In this document: positions 13,295 to 27,330 of the stretch, one piece after another
Numbering within the stretch: the stretch's first letter is position 1
Layout: each line of letters begins with the position of its first letter
NCBI RefSeq assembly: GCF_018350175.1
Contig: NC_058368.1
Location: 156,180,001-156,244,000 of the forward strand
DNA: 64,000 nucleotides
Direction: 5' to 3'
Source of the DNA: Felis catus
Taxonomy: Eukaryota
Made by a program: the position numbers and the translations under genes
Notes under the pieces: model-generated
Seen by the model: the letters and a program-made list of their open reading frames with translations, nothing else
Database searches by the model: none
What the model was told of the DNA's origin: nothing

Positions 13295-13518
13295 TTTTTA
13301 AAAAATTTTTTTATGTTTAGTTATTATTTGAGAGAATGAGACAGAGCACGAGTGGGGATGGAGGAGAGAGAGAGAGAGGGAAGACACAGAATCCGAAGCA
13401 GGATCCAGGCTCTGAGCTCTCAGCACAGAGCTGGATACAGGGCTCGAATCCACGAACCACAAGATCATGACCTGAGCTCAAGACTGTCCCTTAACCAACC
13501 GAGTCACCCAGGCACCCC
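13295..13518 (-). mobile_element. Can-SINE (older)
   Basis: Diverged SINE; flanking repeats gcccattgatactct / gcccactgacattct. Confidence 0.9.
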
Positions 13519-13536
13519 AGAGCCCACTGACATTCT

Positions 13537-13767
13537 TTTTTTTTTTTTTTTAATTTTTTTTTTCAACGTTTATTTATTTTTGGGACAGAGAGAGACAGAG
13601 CATGAACGGGGGAGGGGCAGAGAGAGAGGGAGACACAGAATCGGAAACAGGCTCCAGGCTCTGAGCCACCAGCCCAGAGCCTGACGCGGGGCTCGAACTC
13701 ACAGACCGCGAGATCGTGACCTGGCTGAAGTCGGACACTTTAACCGACTGCGCCACCCAGGCGCCCC
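13537..13767 (-). mobile_element. Young felid Can-SINE
   Basis: CpG-rich near-consensus body; perfect TSD gcccactgacattct at 13522-13536 and 13768-13782. Confidence 0.95.
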
Positions 13768-14067
13768 GCCCACTGACATTCTAAGCTAGTTCATCATCAT
13801 TCTAGGACAGGATGGACACTTGGTTGGAAAAGACTAGGGCAAAAACACACAAATATGGTTCCACCGTTCCTAATAAGAATAGGGTACAAATCCAGAGAAG
13901 AAAAAAGACTGAACAAGTCGGAGTACAGATATCATCACCAGCAAAAGCAGCTTAGAACATCGACGTTAGGTACACTGAGGGTATCACGAGGGAGTATATT
14001 TTTACTTTTGGTCATCTCCTTCAAGACAGTCATAAAACAGCACTTTGCTCATACTTACAAAGTAAAA

Positions 14068-14080
14068 CAACAACAACAAC

Positions 14081-14126
<46 letters not shown>
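14068..14126. repeat. (CAA)n(CA)n compound microsatellite
   Basis: Directly visible tandem repeat. Confidence 0.95.
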
Positions 14127-14130
<4 letters not shown>

Positions 14131-14449
14131 GTATAACAAACACTAAGTTTCTGCCATAACAGTGCTCTCATTATGCAAAAAAAAAAAGAAAAAAAAAGAC
14201 TGATATTAACTGTAAAATAAGAGAATTTGAATTGATTCATTTATTTTAAGTTAGCCGTCCCTTTGTAGTGGTAGCAGCGTTTTTATCTAAGAGTTTTGGG
14301 TAATCTGTTTCTTGATTATCTTCACTTTGTTACAAGGCTGAAATGTACACACTGTGCGGTATACAGGCTCCTGACAGCTCCCAGGTTGTGCAGCCCCGAA
14401 ATCTGGGAAACTCCGGTTCTGCGTAGATGCCAAGGGGTGTGGTGGGGGA

Positions 14450-14680
14450 AAGCACAATCTCTGGAAGCCAGCTGTCTGGATCAAATCCCGCTTGGCCAAT
14501 CACATGTGACTTAGACATGTGACTTAATGTCTTCGCGTCTCAGTTTCTTCATCTTTAAAATGGAGATGAAAATTGTCCCTACCACAGAGAGTTGTTTAGG
14601 AGGATTTGTTCACTGAACACATGTAAAGTAGTTACAATGTCTGGAACATGATAAACATTACATATTTGCTTGCTTCGTGT
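14450..14680 (+). mobile_element. MIR SINE
   Basis: MIR core: tctcagtttcttcatctttaaaatggagatga. Confidence 0.75.
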
Positions 14681-15326
14681 TGTTATATTCCAAGTGAAAA
14701 CCACCAGAAACTCAGAAGTTTCACTAGGAGTCATTCTTGGGGCAATGGGCAAAGGAAAGAATGTTAGTCACACTTCATTCAAGTGTCACCAACAGGAAAA
14801 GGCCACCTGTTAACAAATATTTGTTCCTTTGTTGCCTCAAGAAACTGTTTGGGCCATGTGGTCTTCGTGAAGTAATCACCAAAACAATCACCCTAGGTTT
14901 TTAAAGTCAATAATCCAAAATAGTGTCTTACAACTTTAAAATCCTCTATAAACATTTGTAACAGAGTTTTTTCCCTCAAATTTAAGATGTCCTACCTTAA
15001 AAATAAAACCAACAAACATTATCTTCTAATGCCAACTGAACGTTACCCTAAGAATGTTATAAACTATCTCCATGTGAAATCAGTTTATGTTTATCAAGTT
15101 TTAGTCATGTAATCGTTCCCTGAAAATGCTACATTTTTTTATACAGGAGGAATTATTACCCATAGCAAAAACATGATTTCACTTCCCAGAAGTTTGGAGC
15201 CCATGAAGCATATATTATAGGTTAAAATTTTACCATTCCTTTATTAAATTTTGCTATTTTCCAAAATAGCAGTGAAGTTGCATCTCATACTATAAGACAA
15301 TCATTTCTGTATATGACCTGCTGATG

Positions 15327-15486
15327 TTTTTTGTTTGTTTTGTTTTGTTTTGTTTTGTTTGTTTTTTTAAGTAGCCTTCACACCCAGCATGGTGTCCAAT
15401 GTAGGGCTTAACTCATGATCCTGAGATCAAGACCTGAGCTGAGATCAAGAGTCAGGGCTTACCTGACTGAGCTACCCAGGCACCTC
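15327..15486 (-). mobile_element. Short Can-SINE variant
   Basis: gagatcaagacctgagctgagatcaagagtc...gctacccaggcacc; flanked by tatgacctgctgat / tatgatctgctgat. Confidence 0.85.
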
Positions 15487-16829
15487 TATGATCTGCTGAT
15501 TTAAAAAAATAAATAAATACAAATTCTGATAAATCATTTTCATAGAGCAAAACCAAAAGCTACAGATATAAAAGAGATAAGTGGCATGTGTTTTAGCCTT
15601 TATAATACACGACTATGTATCAAAAAATCTGTACCTAACAGAATTTAGTAACTGTTTCTTAGAGAAAGAACTTTGTTTTAAAATATGTATAATGAAAATA
15701 TGTACTCAAAATCTCTTGATTCTTCTTCCTGAGCCAATTTAACACGAGTTAAGTTTTATCAATTAGACCAAAAAGACCCTATTTATAAAGGAAAACTCTC
15801 CCATAAAAAGCTGACGGTTATGTTGCTTGAAACAGCTAATTCAGCATATCTTATTCCAAAATTTTGCTTTTCTAAAAATATGATCAAACTTCTAAATTAC
15901 CAAATGAGTTCTGAAATACTCTGAGACTTCTAATCAAATGAAAAGAAAAGCTCTGCATAAAATATTACAAATTTATTTTTATGTACATAATAATTTCCAT
16001 CTTAGTCTAGTTAATAAGATTCCCTGAGTATATTGTTTCTAACTTAAAGTGACAAGACTTCCATGGGAACTTAATAAGTAAGTCAATCAACTGATTAGTA
16101 AATTCCGTCACTTCATTCTTACAGTATTTGCAGTAGTCAATAAAATTCAATACAAGACAATACCAGAACAGCCATATAACCCTGATCAAACACCTAACAA
16201 TACTATATGTACCAGAAGGTGGATATAATATTTTTGGCAAGTAAATGTCGTTTTCATTTGGAAGAAAACATGGTTAGATATTCATAACTATGACTGCTAT
16301 ACTTAGTGGCTATATCATTATAGTCAGAAGGTTTGATCACAATTGGTTTTCCAGGCTGCTCTATATAACTCTACCGGTAAGAGACCAATTCTATTCTGGG
16401 ACCATGCTTGTGAGTTTCTACGATTATATTAGTGTAACTCTGTAGCCCAGTTGGATAGTATCCAGTCAGCCATTTTGCCTGAAAGCCCCGATTATTAAGT
16501 TTAAGGGAAGCTCTGTATTTTATATTCTAACTGATCATTGATTGTGCAATCACTAGACTTTTCCTTTTTTTTTCTTTTTCTTTTCTTTTCTTTTTATTTT
16601 TTTTTTTTAGACTTTTTCCATAAAGCATTGTGGTAACTTGCAAAGGAATATAAAAACTTGTGATCGGCCTAATTACTTAACTGGAAAGACCTGTTAAATA
16701 CATGTGCATCAGAATGTCTTAGTTGATTCAGCCTGAGAGTGGGCAGATTAAAGTTCTTTCAGATTCCCCTAGCCCACGCCAGGATTTGATTTGTGTGAGT
16801 ATTTATATAGGAAGGGCAGGGGACAGAAA

Positions 16830-17035
16830 GCTCCGGCTGGGTTCAGAATCCAGGTTTACCCACCATTTATAAGCTGTGTGTGTCTCTAGGCAAATGACAT
16901 TATCTTAAACTCTAATGTCATTGCTTTCAACATAAAGAAAACAATAGTATATACTCTATTAGGTTGTAAGAATCAAATGTGAAGTGCTTGGCACAGCACC
17001 TAAAACCTAATAAGCAAACAATAAAAGTTGGCTAC
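16830..17035 (+). mobile_element. MIR SINE remnant
   Basis: gggttcagaatccagg...ctgtgtg...aagtgcttggcacagcacct...taataagc pattern. Confidence 0.55.
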
Positions 17036-18701
17036 TTAAGGAAGTATTTCCCTAATACCAGTTCTCTTCAGGAGAGTGGCCTTAGAGCCTGAAGTTAAAG
17101 AAATTGCTTTCAGATCAACTTTGTGAGATTTGAGACACAAACAGTACTATCTGGAGGCAAAGGGAATAAAGTGAGATTCAGGGATTCAGCGTTTGGGAGA
17201 GGGGTAATCTATGAATTTCTGTTTGGAACACAGCAAGATGAGGAGTTGAGGTGACCTTTGGCACCACAAGATTTTATGAGCTTAGGAGCACCTGAGCAGG
17301 AGCAATAGTCTCACAAGGAGATCAGCAGTGAAGCACTTCCCCTAAATAAGTGGCTTTGGGGAAGCCATCATCAGGGTGGGTGGGAGAGGAGAATATGGGG
17401 AACTTGTTGTGTGCAGATCTGAGGAACTAAAAATTCCCAGAAATGACTGGAGCCATCTGGACAGGAGAACACTATAAACCTCATTTGTGTACCAACAGGC
17501 TGATAGGGCCTGGTGACATCTGCCTTATTTATATACAAACACAATAACAACATAAGGCAGCATATACTAAAGGGCAAATAAGGTGTCAAGATAACAAACA
17601 CCGTGAAGTTCAGGGGAGGAAGAGAACAGGGTCAACTAGAGCATTCAAAGGTCTGGAACATCAACTGGTCCTTGGATACTACTGGTGGAGGCTGGGCTGT
17701 CTATGGAGGGTCTTTCAAGTCGAAAACAAATGGGTGAGCCAAGGTGTGGAGGGAGCAGGTGCATGTAACTTTGAGGACAATGGGCTGAAATAAGTGTGCA
17801 TATGTGTGCAGGCACATGCACGCATATAAGTGAATAGTGGGGGATAAAAGGTTAGAAAACTACTCTTGGGTCACATTTGAATGACAGATGGATGGGAATT
17901 AGGTACTTCAGGTGATGAAGAGCTAGAAAAAAAAAAGAATGTGATGCATGAAACCTACAGTGAAGCTAGTGATTGATAAAGTTGGTCTGGCTTCATGTGG
18001 GGTATAGAATGGAAGGAGAGAAACGTATAGGGGTATGCGAAAATGGTTAGAAAACTCTTCAAAGATATAGCAGGAGAGCAGTGGAATATAATTAGATTGG
18101 CATAATTTCACTTACCATTTTCTAAAATAGCACTTACAGGGAAAAAAGTAAATCTAATTAAGAGAAGTATGGTCTTCTATTACTCTTCAATTTCCATTCA
18201 TACTTTTCTTACAATGACTTCTCTATGTCCCAATGGATATGGCTGTAAGCCACAGTTTGCTTGTTTATAAATTACATAAGCCCTCTTCATGATCCACTGA
18301 AATTTCTAGTGTAGTTCTAATGCAATTTCTCTCTTTCTCTGTCTTCCTTTCTCTCCCTCTCTCTTAGATCTGGTTGAGACTTCTGTTTTTGACATTTAAC
18401 TATGTTTGTATAATATTCTTGGGCATCTCAAACTCCAGATATTAATATATTTCTATATAATGATAGTTATGATAAACTAGAACCACATAAAAAGATTATA
18501 TTCCCACATTTTGAGGTACTGAAAAAGAATCTTTTCAATAGGTTTATAAAGTGATTCAATATTTTGTTTGCAGCTAACCCCACTGACTGTTGATACAAGG
18601 CAGTTGGTTTACATTCCTCTGCCCATGTTCAAATAGGGGAAAAAAAAATCATTCAACTTGAGCAATGACTGGGTTTTTTGAGGACATTCTCATATACTCA
18701 C

Positions 18702-18841
18702 TTGAGCTCTTCAGCAAGATTCTCAGCAAAAGACCATCTTGATGCAGTAGGGTTTCCAGAAGCAGGTTCCAATTACAACCTGGCTGGGATAAGAGCAGTT
18801 TCAATTGACCCTCGGCTGTCAGTTGTCCAGATGATGGAGCC
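18702..18841 (-). CDS. KIAA0825: KIAA0825 internal coding exon (8th in window)
   Basis: Acceptor ttcgaaag|G, donor TCAA|gtgagt; 140 bp, phase 2->1; (R)[46 protein letters not shown]. Confidence 0.9.
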
Positions 18842-19911
18842 CTTTCGAAATGTAAGATAAAGATAGAGTAATGAAGTTAATTTATCTATGAAATTAATAG
18901 CCTTAAAGTACAGATGTAATGCTAACTCCTTTAAATGTCAATTCCTCCTAGATTACTCTGAAAATGCTTTCATGCTTGCTTACTTTAGGGTTGCTCTGGG
19001 AAGGAATTACATTTAATCTCAACTAGCTAAAAGCAAATTAACATTTGGTAGCCTGCCAAATTTAAAACTGATACAAAATAACCATGCCTATATTTCACAA
19101 GACTATGTCTGTTTTTGTTTCATGGAGCAAATTGAAATTATTTATGCATTTATTTTAATTGCATTTATTTCTTCATTCACCAAATATATGAGTGCCTACT
19201 ATGTGCTATTAACTCCTTTCATTATTCATGGAAAGAAAGTTACAGTGGGTTTTGACTACTTGTAATTGGCCATGTACTGTGATTGCTGATAAAACTAAAG
19301 GAATTCAAAGCTTCTGTCAAGGGTCAACTGTAATCTAATTATTTAATAGTAAAGCCTTAAATCAACATGCAATTATCAGAGCCACTGTAACAGTCACACT
19401 GCTACCTACTTGGGTAATCATTTCATCAAAGAGAAATAAATCCAAGGCAAATAGGCTTCTACTTGGGAAGTAATTATCAGTGTTGAATAGAAAATCAAAA
19501 TCAGGTCTCCACATTACTACATTAATTTACCAATGAATTGGCAGGAGATAAGGAAGTAAAAGTAGAAACTGAAAACTGATAACATTATTCACTTTTTCCT
19601 TTTAAGATCTCAAAGTTTAGATTGGCTGAAGATCACAACATCCGAAATCAGCTTACAACCACAACAACAGAAAAGGCAGGAAATGATCGAACTCAATCTG
19701 GTTGCGACCATAAGGGTTGTGGGAATAGGGTGGCATTGGGAAAGAACGATGTGACTGAAATGGAAAGGTGTGAATGAGAGCACCATATGCTTAGGAGCAG
19801 AAAGAAGCAGAACAAAGGGTATTGCTGAGAGAGACGATTTGTCGCAAAGTTCCCGGATGACATTTACTGAGTAGTGAACCACCCAATTACCAGTTACCAA
19901 CTTACTCAAGC

Positions 19912-20077
19912 CAGTGGTTTTCAAAGGTTGGGCCCTGGACCAGCACCAGCAGCATCACCTGAGAACTTGTTTAAAATGCAAATTGCCAGGCCTCATCCTA
20001 TCAGAAATTCTGCGGTGGGTCCCAGAAATCTGTGTTTTAATGGGATATGACGCCCTCTCGGGTGTGAGAACCACTGT
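19912..20077. mobile_element. MER5-like hAT DNA transposon
   Basis: Terminal inverted repeats cagtggttttca ... tgagaaccactg around a MER5A-like core. Confidence 0.8.
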
Positions 20078-22339
20078 GGTAGGCAGTACTTTCTGGAGCA
20101 CTGGCAGTAGGGACAGGCCTACTTGATATCATTTCTCTTCTGTCTGTGCCTTTGTGCCCTTACAGGTCCACCTTGGCTGCCACCCATGCAATGAAATCCT
20201 CACAACCCTTTACTTACCTTAATCCCACCCATCCTTCAATTTGCAGCAAAAACATCACTTTCTCTGTTCAGTCTTCACTAAAAATTTCTCTTCATAGGAC
20301 TTTCTATCACTCTAAATTAAAGCACTTATGGCAATTATACACATTTTAGCACTTTATTATTTCATCAAGTAAAGCTGTATCTGTCCACTCAGAGTCAGGC
20401 CTTGTCAGGATGCTCGTTTTATAACCCCAAAGCTCCCACCAGTAAACTAAGCTCATTTAAGGGTGCTGTAAATGTTAACTGATTGACTCATATGCTCACA
20501 GATGGGTAGGCAAACTCTTTTTAAAAAAGAAGATACTTTGTCACAAGGCTGATTTGAGCAGTGAGAGGATCTGAAGATATAAAATGAAATTTCAAAGCAC
20601 CTTCCCTTGGTTTGGCTTGGGTTGGCTTGTGTGGCATCTCACAACATTATGATGCAAAATCCTTCAGCCTTACATGGACCCACCCAAAGTGAGATTCTCT
20701 GATAACATAACTTAAAAGAGAGAAATTCCTTGGGTAATTGATGGGTCAGTTAGCTAGGAAAACTCCTGCCCTAGGTGGGTGCTGAAGAGAGAAGCGGGGA
20801 GTTAAACTTAACTCTCAGGCCAGAGGAATCAAGGCCTTCAGTTGAAGAGTTCTGAATTACTTTGGGTACTCCCAGGCTGGTCTGGCCCTTGCAGAAGTTC
20901 CAAACATAGTACCAAAGGATTACACTAGGTGAGTCCTTTGACGGAAACACTAAAGCAAATCTTCACAATGGCTGTCCCTATTCCCATCCTAACTCCCAGG
21001 TGCTGAGTTCTGGGAACTTGCTTGGCTTCAATAGATGAAAAGCAACTAGTTGGTAGGAAGTTATATATTAAAAGTGACTTAATTTTTAAACATGTCCTAC
21101 CTATATATTTCACTTGAGTTGAATGCTGATTTAAGGATACTTTTAATAAACTGAAAGATTTCGTTTGATGGAGTATGGAAAAGGAGGGGATTGTTGAGAG
21201 ACAAGCTGAAGAAGAAGATAGGAGCCAGATCATGGAGGGCCTTATTAGGCAAAGTGGGGATCTGGGACTGGTTGAAGAATTTAAGGTACATGAGTTTCCT
21301 GATCTGGCTACAGTGTGGAGAGTGGATTGGAGGAGGTTAGTGTATTTGCTCAGCCCTTTAGACGTGTAATAAAACAAAATAATTTGAAGGTCATTTCATA
21401 CTACTACATCTGAATACCTGGCTATAAATAAAACCACTCATTTACCAGATGGGAAACTGTGTGTTGAAATGTACCTCAATTCTTGGATCTTTCAACTTAT
21501 CACAGATTTTGAAATGTACAGTAGAATGACTCACTATGAGGAAAAATAAAATATTACAAACATTCCTCAATCACTAAGCTCCGAGTAATAAATGCATTGA
21601 GGAGTCTGTGTTGGGCATATGGAGAAGCATATGTTCCCTCATCCTTTGAGCTGGTAGAGCTGTGAATGTGAGATTAGCCTCACAAAAAATGACAGAAAGG
21701 GAAATTTTATACATATATATATTTTATATTTTTGTTTCAAATATGTACATGTTGAATTCCAGTATAATACAAAGAAAGAGAACAAAAATTTATGAATCCA
21801 CTGGAACTCATAAAACTTATACTGGGAGACAAGATGAATTTATGGCTGGGTTTTTTTAGGCTTATACTCTAATAAGTGCTACATTTCTGGGGCATGAATT
21901 AGCCTAAAGAATTTTTCAAGTCCTAGTAGTAAGGAGCAATATAATAATAGGGTTCAACCATTACTGGTTATGAAACTAACAAATTATTTTTATAGAATCT
22001 TCATGCAAAACCTAAGCTGTATTTGGGTGTGTTTACTTTATGGAAGCTCATCAGGTAGTTCACTTGTAATTACTGCAATTTTTTTAGTATGAACTCATAC
22101 TGTAGTAGAAAGTTAAAAAAAAAAGAAAATCTTAACTGTGCCAGTATGTACGGGCTTGACTTCCAACCATGGTTGTGCATGAGGCACAGAACAAGAGAAG
22201 GCTCTGTAGCAGGTTCAGACTGCATGACCATGGGATCCACTGATCCTACTATATATGTTTCATGCAGATGCTGTCAGACTCGGAAAACATTGGAATGGAC
22301 TCTAAAATTCACATCTTGGGAATAACACCCAGCAATGTT

Positions 22340-23592
22340 GGGGCACTGTCCTTCAGGATTTGATATTTACTTTGAACCAATAGCCATTATATGGTACTAT
22401 GTCCCTAAAAGATAAACTACACGAGTCTGGGAGTCAAGAGTAAAATTAAAAGGGGCCCCCCTCACTGGTGCTCCTAATGATCCACTTGGGGAATCTGTGT
22501 TTTCCATTCCCACAACTCCCCATAGGTCCTGGAGGAGTAGAGGTTCTGGTTTCCATGGTGGGGTGAGCTGGAGTACACACACCTCTACCAGGGTACCATC
22601 AAGAATCCCAATAAACTTAATTGCCATCTGGTCATTTGTGGCTTCTCATGCCAGCAGTCTAGCAGGCAAAGAAAGGAGTTATTATATTGGCAAGGGTAAT
22701 GAACCCTAATTATTGAGGAAATGGAGTTGCTATTGCATAAGGGGAGCAGGGAGGAGTATGTCTATGACTCAAGGGATTCACCAGGGCAGCTCTCAATGCC
22801 CTCCTGAATGTTAATAATCATAACCAGGATGCAGAAATAACAACATTCTGGTGAAGGAATGGTAGCCAGGGGTTCAACTCCTCAAGGATGAATGTCTCAG
22901 TGACTCCACTGGGCAAGCAACATAGCTCAGCAGATGTGACTGTCGAGGGTGAGGAGAAGCTGGAATAAGTCACAGAAGGATGTAATGATGATTATCATTT
23001 GCAGACTCGGGAATAATTGTAATAGGAGATACTCTAGCTTGTCCCACTAATGCTACTGCAATATTTTTTTAAAGCTGCTTTAGCCAGGCATCACCTTGAA
23101 GAATCAATGGTAAGACTCAGAGAAATTAACATGGGTAATGAGTGGATTTCAGTAATGTAAGGGGTACACCAAAGCAGGTGTTGTTAATGTCCCCACATTC
23201 TCTTGCCCTTACCACTCACTTGACCTGGCCTGCATTTCTCTGCCTTCCAGCAAGACAAGTTGGAAGTGCCAGTGAATTAACAGCCCCAGAGCAGCCTTCA
23301 ACCAATGACTGATGCAAGTTGCTATATAAATGCCTCAGTATCCTTGCTCCCTTGGTGGGATAATGCTGAGATATATGCCTTCCACAATGGCTCCAAGAAT
23401 TTCCCCAGAAGGTTTAAGTTCTGGTTATTCCTTCGGTAGTTAGCTTGATTACACAAATCTTTATTTACTGTCTTTCTTTCTTCCTCCCACTTACCCACTC
23501 CCCTTCCAGGGTTTCCTCCACTTAGAAAATAAACTACTTTCACTTGAATCTTTGTCTCTGGGTCTGCTTCTTAGGGAAATCTAAAATAAGAC
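22340..23592 (+). mobile_element. Ancient ERVL element: internal remnant plus LTR16-like 3' LTR (about 23170-23592)
   Basis: LTR with caaccaatgactga box and end aataaactactttcacttgaatctttgtctctgggtctgcttc...aagaca (recalled LTR16-type), preceded by an aaggggtacac purine junction. Confidence 0.65.
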
Positions 23593-25814
23593 ATGCATAG
23601 AGACACTTTGAATTCACCTCACTTAATCTTTGTTTCAGGAATACTGAGAAACTACTCAGAGGTCATTTAATTAATAAAGATAGCTACTGGACTTTGAACC
23701 CAGGTCTTTCTGACCCATGTTCATTCCTGTACTCCATGTTGCTCTCAATTCAACCTGGTTGATATTTGGTGGGTAAGTTATATTTTCCAGCATTGAGTAC
23801 ATTTGACTCTATTCAACCTCCTGATTGAAGACACCATCTTTTTGACCCAAAATCAAGTTTGTGGTCTCAAGGCTGATTCCCAAATTGGAGCCATGTTATT
23901 CAAGGTATCTAGGAGCTGATTTCAACCAGATGGTTCCTGTCATGGATTGCTGGACCAAATTTATACCAGAGGCCATAAGTTACATGATTCAGAGAACAAA
24001 GGCAAGGGCACAACTAAAGAGAAATGGACAGTAAAAGCCTTCAAGTGAGAAAACAAAAACAGAAGAGAAGCCCTGTCTTACTGTACTATTCTTGGCTTTC
24101 CAAAACTGATCTTTTACAATCTTCCTAGGTAAATAAGTAAATACAAATATTTAAAGCAATTTTGTCTTCTTTCTCTAGGAAAATAACTTTAGTACCAGAG
24201 GAAAATAGTTCAGGGAAAAAAACTCAAGTCAAGGCTCTATGATCTTTATAATTAAAGGTGATTCAATAAACAGAAATCATACAAGGTTCACCTGCACATT
24301 TACATACAGCATTTGCCTCGCTTTTTAATAATTCTGTTCACTAAGGTAGATTGACACTTCTAAAGGGTCTCATTTTTTTTACAGTTGGTTGTATCCACAT
24401 TATCTGTGTACAAATTAGAGGGTAGGTGTTAAAACTATGAGGAGCTGTGTTATGTCCTGATTTTAGCAAAATTAAACTTTTTAGTTGGGATGACCCCATT
24501 TCCCCCAAATCACCCAAAGATATTAGTATCCAAAACTCATAGCCCAGATCCACACTTTAATATTACATAGGTGAGTGTATGCTACTTCTTAAAATATATA
24601 AAATCTAATTTTAATATTTATACATATCAACCGTCACTTTTGGACTCCCCTTGAAGTGCTAATTTAGCGACTGAGTCACGAGACACTGGACACTACTGAA
24701 TCACTCAGTCATCCATTTTGAGGAGCAGAAGTTAGCTCTCTAGCACCTTTAATTGTTATTGGTCCCTGTCTACCAGATAATAAATGCCTGTTACAAGGAG
24801 TTCAAGAAAGGTCTCCCTTGGCATCACGTTTCAGATAACTGAGGCTCAGTAAGAAAGTGGTTCAATATTCTATTCACTTTACACATTTATGAAGATTCAT
24901 TTTAATATGTTTGGGTAACTGATAAAATCTGCCACTTTCTGAAACATACAGCGCTTTACTAACACAGCAGTACCGAATGACTGTTTAGTAAGTACTGATG
25001 TGATGAGGCATGTTAGCTCATTTAATTAATCCTCATGACTCTCGTAGGAGAGTGTCTCAGAAGTCAAGGAAGGAAGATGTTTCAAGATGGAAGAAGTATT
25101 GCAAGCTGTTTGCAAGTAGATCGGTAAAGTTGTACTGTATGTATGTTTTAACTTTTCCTCCAAAATATAAATATTTCCTATACAAGGAAACTGAAGTTCA
25201 TATAAGTTAAATAATTTTCCAAGATCACAAAACTATAAAAGTCTATAAATCATGTCTGTCTCATGTGAAAACCCATTCTATTATCTCATTGCTGGCTCTA
25301 ACGCTATATTCTTATTTATATAATACCTTTAAACCATAATAGAAAAGGGAAGATATGAATAAATATCTAGATATATCAAGTACCTAGTTCATTGGACATT
25401 TTAGCTTCTTTTAATAACGGATCCACAGACATGCGACTTTCTAAAAAACCTTTTCAATGATCCAGGTGCTTGTTCGCTCACACTCTGGAACAACCACTTA
25501 AGAGCTTTGGTGTTAAAAGGCTCTCATTTCTCCTTCCCTGACTGTTGGCTCCAAGTCAAAGCTTGGCACCTCATCAGAGTACAAGATCTCTAAGCTCTTT
25601 TCCTGAGTCCTGTGGAACAGGCTGTCAGAAGCAGCTGGGAGACCAAAACTCTTTTTTGTCTTCCTCCCCAGATGTTTTATCCTAAGGATACTAGAAGCCA
25701 CCTCCTCAATAAGACCATGCTTCCTGTGCCTGCGCTTTACCATTCAAATCAAATGTTTGAAAAGAGCTCCATGTACCATTTAGCCTGGCAATATCTGAAA
25801 CAATACTATAATGA

Positions 25815-27330
25815 TTCATGTGTTCCTTCATTCACTTATTCATTCAACTACTATTTGCTGGCTGATTTCTACGTGCTAGGCCATGTATACACAACAGTAA
25901 GCAAAAACAGTCACTGTATTACAGAATTTAGTGAAGAATATATGTATAGTTTAAGTGACCATACAAATAAAGATAAAATTACAACTATAAAAACTCGATG
26001 AAGGAAAAGAAAAAAAGATGCTTTTAGAAAATGCAGTGAGGGGCGCCTGGGTGGCTCTGTTGGTTAAGCGTCCGACTTTGGCTCAGGTCATAATCTCGCA
26101 GTTCGTGGGTTTGAGGCCTGCATCGGGCTCTGAGCTGACCGCTTGGAGCCTGGAGCCTGCTTCGGGTTCTGTGCCTCCCTCTCTCTCTGCCCCATCCCCA
26201 CTCACATTCTGTATCTCTCTCTCTCAAAAATAAATAAACATTAAAAAGAAAAAGAAGATGCAGTGAGAAGTGAACCAGTTTTTGTGGTTGGTAAAAGGCT
26301 TCCATACAGAGGTCACACTGGAGCTAAGATATGAAGATAAGTTGATATTAACTAGGTGAAAGAGAATAAAGCCATCTCAGGGAAAGGGGGGAAAGCATGT
26401 GCAAAGATCCTGTGGCAGAAAGGAGTGTGGCACAACAAAGAAATGTAAAAAGGCTAATGTCTGCAGAGCAGAATCACAGGATAGTATGGTATCAGAAGAG
26501 GTTGCAGAGGTGGTAAGCCACACCTACGTAAGTCTTATAGGATGCTAAATGTTTTTGTTTACACTTAAGGACACAGAAGAATTCATGGAAAGTTTTTAAG
26601 CCATGAATGTGAAATGATAAAAATTTAGTTTTGAAAATAGATTTGGATTTAAGGAATCTCTGGCTGCAGTTCAGAAAACATTGGACATAGGAGTCAACAT
26701 ACATATAGGAAGAAAACCAAGAGGTCACTGCAGTTACTGAGGAGAAAGATGATTGTTAGGACTAACGCAAAGGTGGGCAATGGACAGCAAATACTAGGGG
26801 TTAAAGTAAATGAGACTTAGCAATGGACTGGATATAGTAGGAGAGAAAGAGGGAGGTATTCAGGTTGTCTCCTATGTCTCTGGCTTGTACAACTGCATAG
26901 AGGTACCATCATCTAAACAGGGAATAAAAGAAGGGGAGCAGTTTGGAGGAGAATATCCTAAGTCCAATTTTGGTCATTTTGAGTTTGAGGTGTCTTTGTG
27001 ATCACCAGGTGCAACCCTCAGGAAGGCATTCAGGTATGGTTGGCACCCATGGATATACGGGTCTGTAGTCCCAGGAGAGGTAAAAATTAGAGACTTGAAT
27101 CTGAGGGCACACAAGGAATACAGGAAGCCACAGGCATGTTTCAGTTCACCTGAAAAAGTTCTGCAACAGAACACTAAAGACGTTCGATATTTCATGGCCA
27201 GGTCTAGGGAGATGAACTGGCAAAGGAGACAGAGAAAAAGCAACAGAAAAGGAGGAAGAAGATTGGGAGAATATGTCAGGAAGAACTGGGAGAGCAGCTC
27301 AAGATGGAAGAAGTGGATAATGGTATGTGT
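25815..27330. mobile_element. LINE-2 remnant (interrupted by a SINE)
   Basis: ttcattcacttattcattcaac end followed by long degenerate purine-rich L2-like sequence (caattttggtcattttgagtttgaggtgtct). Confidence 0.6.
26040..26256 (+). mobile_element. Can-SINE
   Basis: Canonical head and tail; TSD atgcagtgag on both sides. Confidence 0.95.

Noticed and set aside
20925..21377. Longest ORF in the track (150 aa)
   Set aside because: Non-ATG start, Ser/Leu-rich, overlaps degenerate L2-like purine-rich sequence, no splice or homology support.
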